NCBI GenBank assembly: GCA_041487815.1
Contig: JBGPOB010000001.1
Coordinates: 1 to 32,100, forward strand
DNA length: 32,100 bases
Direction of reading: 5' to 3'
DNA from: Xanthobacteraceae bacterium
GTDB lineage: Bacteria; Pseudomonadota; Alphaproteobacteria; Rhizobiales; Xanthobacteraceae
Shown here: piece after piece, positions 25,007 through 32,100 of the stretch
Layout: each line of letters starts with the position of its first letter
Position numbering within the stretch: the stretch's first letter is position 1
Program-made: the position numbers and the translations under genes
Notes under the pieces: model-generated
What the model was told of the DNA's origin: nothing
Database searches by the model: none
Seen by the model: only the letters and a program-made list of their open reading frames with translations

Positions 25007-26101
25007 ATGCTGACCGGTACATTGGTGCGTTACTTCGGACTGAGCTTTTTGCGCACGGTAATTGCGGTCTTCGTGGGAGTGTTTGCGCTTGTAGCCCTGA
25101 TCGATTTCATCGAGTTGCTTCGCCGCAGCTCCGACGAACACGGCATCTCGGCGCTGCTGGTCGCGCGCACGTCGTTTTACCGCGTTCCCCAGCTCACCGA
25201 ACGCATTATGCCATTTGCGATCCTGATCGGCGCGATGTCGAGCTTTCTGGACCTGTCGCGCCGCAATGAGCTTGTCGTGGCGCGCTCAGCCGGCATTTCA
25301 GCGTGGCAATTCGTGACGCCCGCGCTGCTGGCTGCGATTATCATCGGCGCTTTGGCGACGGCGTTGTACAACCCGCTTGCGGCCGCGTTGCAGGAGAAGT
25401 CGAAGCGCCTTGAATTGCAGATTTTCGGCGGCCGCGCCCAGAGCGGCTTGCAATCGACTGGCACCGGATTTTGGCTGCGGCAGAAAGCGCCCGATGGCCA
25501 GTCGGTCATGCGCGCGGTGTCGAGCAGCGATCAAGGCGTGCGGCTGGGCGGCGTGACAGTCTTCACTTTCGACGCGGACGGGCACTATCGCGAACGGATC
25601 GAGGCCAAGACCGCCACGCTCGAAGCCGGCTTCTGGCGCCTGAGCGATGCGCGCGTTTACGGCGGTAACGATCCGCCCCTCGAACGCAAATCTTACGACC
25701 TCAAGACCAATATCGCGGCCGCGCAGGTGCGCGAAAGCTTTGCCACGCCCGAAGCGGTGTCGTTCTGGGACCTGCCGTCTTACATCCGCGCGGCGGAACT
25801 CGCCGGCGTAAGCGCCGCCGGCTACCGGCTGCAGTATCACAAGCTGATCGTGCGGCCGTTCCTGCTCGCCGCGATGGTGTTGCTGGCGGCGGCCGTCAGC
25901 CTGCGATTTTTTCGCTTCGGCGGCATACAGAAAATGGTGATTGCCGGAATTCTGTCGGGTTTCTTGCTTTACGTGCTGTCCAAGATCACCGAAGACCTGA
26001 GCAAAGCCGACCTGATGTCGCCGCCGGCCGCGGCCTGGCTGCCGGCGGTCGTGGGCGCGCTCGCCGGCTTTGTCGCGCTGCTCTACCAGGAGGACGGGTG
26101 A
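25007..26101 (+). CDS. lptG: LPS export ABC transporter permease LptG
   Basis: A second YjgP/YjgQ permease, MLTGTLVRYFGLSFLRTV. The ATG lies 5 nt after the lptF stop. The track ORF start at 24713 overlaps lptF and is rejected. Confidence 0.85.
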   Translation: MLTGTLVRYFGLSFLRTVIAVFVGVFALVALIDFIELLRRSSDEHGISALLVARTSFYRVPQLTERIMPFAILIGAMSSFLDLSRRNELVVARSAGISAWQFVTPALLAAIIIGALATALYNPLAAALQEKSKRLELQIFGGRAQSGLQSTGTGFWLRQKAPDGQSVMRAVSSSDQGVRLGGVTVFTFDADGHYRERIEAKTATLEAGFWRLSDARVYGGNDPPLERKSYDLKTNIAAAQVRESFATPEAVSFWDLPSYIRAAELAGVSAAGYRLQYHKLIVRPFLLAAMVLLAAAVSLRFFRFGGIQKMVIAGILSGFLLYVLSKITEDLSKADLMSPPAAAWLPAVVGALAGFVALLYQEDG

Positions 26102-28581
26102 TGGTCGGCGCGACCGCCAACCGTTTGCGCTGCGGCGGCCGGATGCGGCGACGCGTTGCGTCGCTCGCCGCAATGCTTTTCGTATTGGCGTGCGCCAGCG
26201 TAATTGCACCGTGCAGCGCGCAAGCGCAGCCCAGCTTCCTGACCTTTCGCAACCAGATCCGCCCGACCGTTCCCGCCAAAGGACCCGGCCTCGGGCGTCC
26301 GGACGCGCGCAAGGGCGAATCCAAAATGCTCGTTCAAGCGAACGAGATGAATTACGACTACAACAACCAGCGCGTTTCGGCTGTCGGCAATGTCCAGATC
26401 TACTACAGCGGCGCCACGCTCGAGGCCGACAAGGTCATCTACGACCAGCGCAACAAGCGGCTGCATGCGGAAGGCAATGCACGCCTGACCGAATCCGACG
26501 GCAAGGTCAGCTACGGCGAAGTCATCGACCTGAGCGAAGACTTTCGCGACGGATTCGTTGACTCGCTGCGCATCGATACGCCCGATCAAACGCGTATGGC
26601 CGCGGCGCGCGCCGACCGCACCGCCGGCAACTTCACCGTGTTCCAGAACGGCGTCTACACTGCCTGCGAGCCCTGCCGCGACGATCCGCGCAAGCCCCCG
26701 CTGTGGCAGATCAAGGCCGCGCGCATCATCCACAACCAGACGGAAAAGATGATCTATTTCGAGGACGCCGGCCTTGAATTCTTCGGCAAGCCGATCGCCT
26801 GGTTTCCGTATATGTCGACGCCCGACCCGACGGTGAAGCGCAAGACCGGCTTTTTGATGCCATTGTTTTCGACCAGCACCGTCTACGGATTGGGCGTCGA
26901 AACCCCCTATTACATCGCGCTGGCGCCGGACTACGACCTGACGCTGTCGCCGCGCTTTACAACCAAGCAAGGTCCGCTGATGCAGGCTGAATGGCGGCAG
27001 CGGCTCGAGAGCGGCAATTTCACCATTCGCGGCGCCGGCCTCTATCAGCTCGACCGCGATTACTTCATCCGCGACGACGGCACGCCGACGGCGGGCTGGC
27101 GCGACTGGCGCGGCAGCATTGAATCAAACGGCCGATTTGCGTTATCGCCGATGTGGACGTGGGGCTGGGATGCCATCGCCATATCCGACCCCGTCTTCCT
27201 CCAGAACTACCGGGTGCGCTCGCTGCAGCAGACCAATCCCGATCCTTTGGTCTCGCCGCTCACCGAGGGCGTTTCGCAGCTCTTTCTCACCGGGCGGGGC
27301 GATCGCAGCTATTTCGATGCGCGCACGATCCATTACACCGGCTTCTCCGAGGCCGACGTGCAAGGCGCGTTGCCCGTTGTCCATCCGGTGATCGACTACT
27401 CGCGAACCCTGGGAACTCCGGTGTTTGGGGGCGAGCTCGGATACTCGGCCAATTTGACCAGCCTGTCGCGCCAGACCGCTCAGTTTGATCCCATCAGCCA
27501 GACCGCGTTCGCGACCGGCCAGTGTTCGCAACTCACCGCGGACCCGAGTGTCAAAACGCCGGCCAATTGCCTGCTGCGCGGCGCGCCCGGCAATTACACC
27601 AGGCTGTCCGCCGAAACCCACTGGCGCCGCCGGATCGTCGACCCCGCCGGGCAGGTCTGGACCCCATTCGCCTCCGTTCGCGCCGACGTCGCCAACGTCA
27701 ACGTCGACAGCCAACCTGGCGTCGCGAACTACGTCGCGACCGGCGAAAATCAGATTGCACGCGCGATGCCGACCCTCGGCCTCGAATACCGTTACCCATT
27801 CATTGGCGTGCAGTCATGGGGAACGCAAACCGTCGAACCGATCGCGCAATTCGTGCTGCGTCCGAATGAGGCGCAGGTCGGCAAGCTCCCGAACGAGGAC
27901 GCCCAAAGCCTTGTCTTCGACGACGCCAATCTCTTCAAGGTCGACAAGTTTTCCGGCTGGGATCGAACCGAAGGCGGTGGCAGGCTCAATGCCGGGGTGC
28001 AGTACACGGCGCAGTTTAACCGCGGTGGCTTCTTCAATGTGCTGGTCGGACAATCCTACCAGCTGTTCGGAATCAATTCGTTCGCGATTGGCGACGCCAC
28101 CAACACCGGTCTCGGCAGCGGCCTCGATACCATACGCTCGGACTATGTCGCACGCGCGTCCTACCAGCCCAACAGCATCTACACCGCCATCTCCCGGTTT
28201 CGATTTGACGAACAGGATTTCACCTTGCGCCGGCTCGAAATCGAAGGCCGTGCAAACTTCGACCGCTGGGGATTGTCGGTGCTTTACGGCAACTACGACG
28301 CCCAGCCCCAGCTCGGGTTCTTGACCCGTCGCGAGGGCGTCCTGACGTCGGGATCGCTCAAGTTAAATCCGAACTGGGTTGTCTCGGGCGCCATACGCTA
28401 CGATATCGATTCCGCCGCGATTGATCAGCTCCGCGCCGGGGTTGGCTACATCGACGACTGCTTTATCATGTCGGTAAACTACATCACCGACTACAACTAT
28501 AATGGCAACGTCAAGACCAACCAGACCATCATGCTGCAGCTCAGCCTGCGCACGCTCGGCGGGACGTCGGCAGGGCAGTAA
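26101..28581 (+). CDS. lptD: LPS-assembly outer membrane protein LptD
   Basis: About 826 aa. An OstA-like N-terminal domain (YDYNNQRVSAVGNVQIYY...ADKVIYDQ) is followed by a large C-terminal beta-barrel region. ATG 26101 overlaps the lptG TGA by 1 nt. An alternative start at ATG 26143 directly precedes the signal peptide MRRRVASLAAMLFVLACASVIAPCSAQA. Confidence 0.88.
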   Translation: MVGATANRLRCGGRMRRRVASLAAMLFVLACASVIAPCSAQAQPSFLTFRNQIRPTVPAKGPGLGRPDARKGESKMLVQANEMNYDYNNQRVSAVGNVQIYYSGATLEADKVIYDQRNKRLHAEGNARLTESDGKVSYGEVIDLSEDFRDGFVDSLRIDTPDQTRMAAARADRTAGNFTVFQNGVYTACEPCRDDPRKPPLWQIKAARIIHNQTEKMIYFEDAGLEFFGKPIAWFPYMSTPDPTVKRKTGFLMPLFSTSTVYGLGVETPYYIALAPDYDLTLSPRFTTKQGPLMQAEWRQRLESGNFTIRGAGLYQLDRDYFIRDDGTPTAGWRDWRGSIESNGRFALSPMWTWGWDAIAISDPVFLQNYRVRSLQQTNPDPLVSPLTEGVSQLFLTGRGDRSYFDARTIHYTGFSEADVQGALPVVHPVIDYSRTLGTPVFGGELGYSANLTSLSRQTAQFDPISQTAFATGQCSQLTADPSVKTPANCLLRGAPGNYTRLSAETHWRRRIVDPAGQVWTPFASVRADVANVNVDSQPGVANYVATGENQIARAMPTLGLEYRYPFIGVQSWGTQTVEPIAQFVLRPNEAQVGKLPNEDAQSLVFDDANLFKVDKFSGWDRTEGGGRLNAGVQYTAQFNRGGFFNVLVGQSYQLFGINSFAIGDATNTGLGSGLDTIRSDYVARASYQPNSIYTAISRFRFDEQDFTLRRLEIEGRANFDRWGLSVLYGNYDAQPQLGFLTRREGVLTSGSLKLNPNWVVSGAIRYDIDSAAIDQLRAGVGYIDDCFIMSVNYITDYNYNGNVKTNQTIMLQLSLRTLGGTSAGQ

Positions 28582-28655
28582 TGCGGATCGCAACGGGCGT
28601 AGATGAGCTGGGCCGTGGTGCGACTGGCCAAGTCGCCAGCAAACGGACGACGCAG

Positions 28656-29633
28656 ATGAAGGAGCACAAGAACCCGACGGACCGGTTCCCGCTTCGCGCG
28701 CTGCTGGGCGCGGCGGCGATATTTTGGCTCGCGCCGCTGCCGGCGAGCGCGCAACAGGTCGCGATCATTGTCAACGGACTTCCGATAACGAACTACGACA
28801 TTGTGCAACGGCAGAAGCTAATTCTGCTGACGACCCGCAAAGCGTCGCCGCGTCAGGAAGTCATCGACGATCTCATCAATGACAAGCTCAAGCTGACCAT
28901 CGCCAAGCGCTACCGCCTCGATATCGAGGATAAGGAAGTAGAAACGTCGTACGGCGAAATGGCGCGCCGCATGCGACAATCATCCGACCAGCTTACGAAG
29001 ATATTGTCCTCACAGGGGATTGACGCCTACACCCTCAAGGATCGGATTCGCGCGGAGATCGGCTGGCAGCAAATCATCCGTGGCAAGTTTTCGGCGAGCC
29101 TTACCGTTAACGAGAAGGACATCGTGACCGCGCTTGAATCCCGCACCAAGGACGACAAGCAAGCGCAGGGGACCGAATATCGATTGCGGCCGATCCTGTT
29201 TGTGACGCGACGCGGAGCCGAGGGCGAGGTCGTCGAAGCGCGCAAGCGCGAGGCGGAGGCGTTGCGCTTGCGGTTCGAGAACTGCGATTCCGGGATATCG
29301 TTCGCGCGCGGGCTGCGCGATGTTGCCGTGCGCGACCAGATCGTCAAGACGTCCGCGGATCTTCCTTCGGCGCTGCGCGAAATTCTCGATAAGACCCCGA
29401 TTGGCCGGCTGACGGAACCGGAAGTGACTGAGCAAGGCATCGAAATGTTTGCCTTGTGCAGCCGGCAGGATACGAGGGTCGACACCGCCGCCAAGCGCGA
29501 AGTTCAAAACGAGATCGCCTCGGAAAAATTCAGGTCGCAGTCGGAACGCTTCCTGAAGGAATTGCGCAAGCAGGCGATGATTGAATTCAAGGAAGGGGTC
29601 GATGCCAAAACCGCTGGCGATAACGATCGGTGA
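28656..29633 (+). CDS. surA: SurA-like periplasmic chaperone (SurA N-terminal domain protein)
   Basis: The signal peptide MKEHKNPTDRFPLRALLGAAAIFWLAPLPASA is followed by IVNGLPITNYDIVQR...LINDKLKL, typical of the SurA N-domain. It sits between lptD and pdxA as in E. coli. An alternative start at 28581 overlaps the lptD stop but would give an atypically long pre-signal region. Confidence 0.75.
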   Translation: MKEHKNPTDRFPLRALLGAAAIFWLAPLPASAQQVAIIVNGLPITNYDIVQRQKLILLTTRKASPRQEVIDDLINDKLKLTIAKRYRLDIEDKEVETSYGEMARRMRQSSDQLTKILSSQGIDAYTLKDRIRAEIGWQQIIRGKFSASLTVNEKDIVTALESRTKDDKQAQGTEYRLRPILFVTRRGAEGEVVEARKREAEALRLRFENCDSGISFARGLRDVAVRDQIVKTSADLPSALREILDKTPIGRLTEPEVTEQGIEMFALCSRQDTRVDTAAKREVQNEIASEKFRSQSERFLKELRKQAMIEFKEGVDAKTAGDNDR

Positions 29634-30630
29634 GCCGGCCGGCATCGGACCTGATATCGTCATCGCAGCCTGGACAAGGCGCGCAGAATTTGGATTGACG
29701 CCGTTTTACGTCGTCGGCGATCCGCGCTACCTGGCCGCCCGCGCTCGTCGCATTGGCGCCAGCGTTTCGACAGCGGTCGTAGAGCCGAGCGAAGCGGCCT
29801 CGGCCTTCGAGAAAGCGCTCCCCGTCGTCGATATCGGCATTGCCGCTCAGGCGGACCCGGGCGCACCCGACGACAGCAGCGCAGCCGTGGCCATCTCCGC
29901 GATCCGCCGCGCCGTGAGCGACGTCATCAACGGCGAGGCCACCGCGGTTGTCACCAACCCGATCGCCAAGAGCGTGCTCTATCGCTCCGGGTTCGAAGAG
30001 CCCGGCCACACCGAGTTTCTTGCCAAGCTCACCGCCGACGCCGGTGGCCACGCTCCATTTCCGGTAATGATGCTGTGGGCCCCGGAGCTTGCGGTCGTGC
30101 CGGTGACCATCCACATGGCGCTGCGCGATGTGGCACGAACGTTGTCGGTCGATCTCATCGTGCAAACCGGCCGGGTCGTCGCCCATGACCTGGCCACGCG
30201 GTTCGGCATTGCCCGTCCGCGGCTGGCGGTCGCCGGCCTCAATCCGCACGCTGGCGAGCACGGGTCGATGGGAAGCGAGGATGACGCCATCGTCGCACCG
30301 GCGGTGGGCCAGCTGGTCGCCGAGGGCATCGACGCGCGCGGACCCCTCCCTGCCGACACGATGTTCCACGCCGCCGCGCGTGCCCGCTACGACGCGGCGC
30401 TGTGCATGTACCACGACCAGGCGTTGATCCCGATCAAGACGCTGGCCTTCGATCATGCCGTCAACGTAACCCTCGGATTGCCCTTCGTGCGCACGTCCCC
30501 CGACCATGGCACCGCCTTCGACATCGCCGGCACCGGCCGCGCCGACCCTTCGAGCCTGATAGCCGCGATCAAGCTTGCAGTCCGCCTTGCCGGCCGCGCG
30601 CAACCGGCGCTCTCCAGCGCGGCGCTATGA
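29602..30630 (+). CDS. pdxA: 4-hydroxythreonine-4-phosphate dehydrogenase
   Basis: [36 protein letters not shown] and [12 protein letters not shown] motifs. AAGGAAGGGG lies upstream of the ATG. The gene overlaps the surA-like 3' end by 32 nt. Confidence 0.92.
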   Translation: MPKPLAITIGEPAGIGPDIVIAAWTRRAEFGLTPFYVVGDPRYLAARARRIGASVSTAVVEPSEAASAFEKALPVVDIGIAAQADPGAPDDSSAAVAISAIRRAVSDVINGEATAVVTNPIAKSVLYRSGFEEPGHTEFLAKLTADAGGHAPFPVMMLWAPELAVVPVTIHMALRDVARTLSVDLIVQTGRVVAHDLATRFGIARPRLAVAGLNPHAGEHGSMGSEDDAIVAPAVGQLVAEGIDARGPLPADTMFHAAARARYDAALCMYHDQALIPIKTLAFDHAVNVTLGLPFVRTSPDHGTAFDIAGTGRADPSSLIAAIKLAVRLAGRAQPALSSAAL

Positions 30631-31478
30631 TTGTCGACGACGGCCTGCCGCCGCTGCGCGACGTCATTCGCCGTCACGGGCTGTCCGCAAAAAAATCCCT
30701 CGGCCAGAATTTTCTGCTCGATCTCAATCTGACGGCCCGCATCGCGCGCGCAGCGGGTCCGCTCGGCGACATGACGGTCGTCGAGATCGGGCCAGGCCCC
30801 GGCGGCCTCACGCGCGCGCTTTTCTCCTGTGGCGCAAAGCGCGTGATCGCGGTCGAACGCGACGAACGCGCACTCGCCGCGCTGACCGAACTCGGCAAGC
30901 ATTATCCCGGCCGACTTGAGATCGTTATCGGCGATGCGCTGGCGTTTGACCCGCGGCCGCATCTGCAAGGCCGGACCGTTGTCGTTGCCAACCTGCCCTA
31001 CAACATTGCCACCGCGCTGCTCGTCGGCTGGCTTTCCGTCGAGCCATGGCCGCCATGGTTCGAGGCGCTGGTGCTGATGTTCCAGCGCGAAGTTGCCGAG
31101 CGCATCGTGGCCAAGCCCGGCGGCAAAGCCTACGGTCGATTGTCGGTATTTGCGCAATGGCGGTGCGAAACGAAAATTCTGTTTGATATCGCGCCATCCG
31201 CCTTCGTTCCGCCGCCCAACGTAACATCGTCCGTCGTTCGCCTTGTTCCGCGCGCGGCTCCTCTGCCCTGCGACCGCCGCGCTCTCGAACGGATCACGCA
31301 GGCCGCCTTCGGCCAGCGCCGCAAGATGCTGCGCCAAAGCCTGAAGACCGTGACGGCAGACCCGATTGCGCTCCTGACCGCCGCCGGCGTCGAGCCGACG
31401 GCCCGCGCCGAGGAGATTCCGATTGAAGGATTTGTCGCGCTGGCCCGGGGGCTACCCGTAACCGCTCGCAACCACTAG
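30627..31478 (+). CDS. rsmA: 16S rRNA (adenine1518-N6/adenine1519-N6)-dimethyltransferase
   Basis: [11 protein letters not shown], the SAM motif [12 protein letters not shown] and ANLPYNI. The ATG overlaps the pdxA TGA (ATGA). The track ORF start at 30402 is an out-of-gene extension. Confidence 0.92.
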   Translation: MIVDDGLPPLRDVIRRHGLSAKKSLGQNFLLDLNLTARIARAAGPLGDMTVVEIGPGPGGLTRALFSCGAKRVIAVERDERALAALTELGKHYPGRLEIVIGDALAFDPRPHLQGRTVVVANLPYNIATALLVGWLSVEPWPPWFEALVLMFQREVAERIVAKPGGKAYGRLSVFAQWRCETKILFDIAPSAFVPPPNVTSSVVRLVPRAAPLPCDRRALERITQAAFGQRRKMLRQSLKTVTADPIALLTAAGVEPTARAEEIPIEGFVALARGLPVTARNH

Positions 31479-31514
31479 ATAAGCTCGCGCGAAGTGGAAT
31501 CGGGAGAACGGGCG

Positions 31515-32100
31515 ATGGAAAAGCAGATTGGGCGCATTCAAGGCGTGGTGCGCCGCGGGCCGTCCGACCAGGTGCACGACAAGCAGATTGTGGTTCCGCC
31601 CGACGACTATGCGTCCACATCCCCGTTTCTGATGCTGTCGGAAGACTGGTTCGCCGCGCCGCGCGGGTTTGAGGAGCATCCCCATCGCGGCATGCAGACC
31701 GTGACCTTCGTGCTCGACGGCGCGCTTGAGCACCGCGACCACACCGGCGGCCATGGCGTGCTGAAGGCCGGCGACGTGCAATGGATGACGGCCGGGCATG
31801 GCGTTTTGCACAGCGAGATGCCGCATGAAGACGAAATGGCGCATACGCTGCAGCTCTGGCTCAATCTTCCGGCCAAGCTGAAGATGACCGTCGCGCGCTA
31901 CGTCAACCAGCGCGGTGACGAAGCGCCGGTGCGGCGCGGCGATGGCTTTGAGGTGCGCGTCTATGCCGGCCGCTCGGGCGAGGCGGAACAGCCGCACGGC
32001 AGCGACTGGCCCATGATGTTCCTCGATATGCGGATCGAAGCCCGCAAGACATTTGTGCAGGAAATTCCCGCCAACTACCGCGGCTTCATCTACATGCTCA
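31515..32100 (+). CDS. pirin family protein, N-terminal part (3' end outside window)
   Basis: Absent from the ORF track because it has no stop in the window. My translation from ATG 31515 (GGGAGA upstream) is open to the window end. It contains EHPHRGMQTVTFVLDGALEHRDHTGGHGVLKAGDVQWMTAGHGVLHSEMP, the pirin cupin metal-site motif. Confidence 0.85.
   Translation, partial: MEKQIGRIQGVVRRGPSDQVHDKQIVVPPDDYASTSPFLMLSEDWFAAPRGFEEHPHRGMQTVTFVLDGALEHRDHTGGHGVLKAGDVQWMTAGHGVLHSEMPHEDEMAHTLQLWLNLPAKLKMTVARYVNQRGDEAPVRRGDGFEVRVYAGRSGEAEQPHGSDWPMMFLDMRIEARKTFVQEIPANYRGFIYML

Noticed and set aside
2230-31478. Upstream-extended starts given by the ORF track (3189 mipZ, 3167 panC, 6959 PhyH, 7595 DUF1489, 7917 iorA-like, 14686 aldolase, 23718 lptF, 24713 lptG, 28581 surA, 29581 pdxA, 30402 rsmA)
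   Set aside because: The extensions overlap neighbouring genes or repeats and are Arg-rich or non-homologous. Internal starts have better RBS, or sit correctly relative to signal peptides or conserved N-termini.
31452-31997. 181-aa minus-strand ORF at the right end of the window
   Set aside because: The plus strand from ATG 31515 encodes a clear pirin N-terminal domain that is open to the window end (hence missing from the track). The minus-strand ORF is its antisense shadow.
1-32100. Search for CRISPR arrays, tRNA/rRNA genes, prophage or IS elements, toxin-antitoxin pairs or defence islands
   Set aside because: No spacer-repeat arrays are present; the only tandem repeat is 40 nt of 10-mers. 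No intergenic region has tRNA-like T-arm/cloverleaf features or sufficient length for an rRNA gene. No integrase, transposase, recombinase, nuclease, helicase or methyltransferase (other than rsmA) was recognised.

Overview
GC-rich, gene-dense chromosomal segment with strong third-position GC bias, which produces many long antisense shadow ORFs. It looks like core genome of an alphaproteobacterium. From the gene order and the intergenic repeat types I infer a Bradyrhizobium/Rhodopseudomonas/Afipia-type member of Nitrobacteraceae. Left to right: the SPOR-domain protein tail; a translationally coupled VWA protein and membrane J-domain protein pair; mipZ divergent from panC; a small oxygenase group (GFA-family protein, intradiol ring-cleavage dioxygenase, PhyH-family dioxygenase) separated by MITE/REP-like repeats; DUF1489; a two-subunit IorAB-type molybdoenzyme with a Tat signal and a clean terminator. 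Next come a secreted four-Cys protein translationally coupled to a biotin carboxylase/BCCP (methylcrotonyl-CoA carboxylase alpha-like) subunit; an envelope membrane protein; a class II aldolase; a small periplasmic protein; an orphan Bug/TctC binding protein; an ABC-F ATPase; and an S10 serine carboxypeptidase coupled to a lipoprotein. The window ends with pepA-holC divergent from the tightly coupled lptF-lptG-lptD-surA-pdxA-rsmA cluster, then the 5' part of a pirin gene that runs off the window. I found no rRNA, tRNA, CRISPR array, transposase, integrase or recognisable defence genes, so most of the window is ordinary housekeeping synteny. The best leads for uncharacterised biology are: (1) the secreted protein whose mature N-terminus and cysteine pattern mimic the inhibitory N-domain of animal TIMPs; (2) the VWA plus Tim14/Pam18-like membrane J-protein operon next to mipZ; (3) the lipoprotein plus S10 peptidase pair; (4) several families of modular, hairpin-forming intergenic repeats. 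All functional calls rest on motif recognition by eye and need database confirmation.
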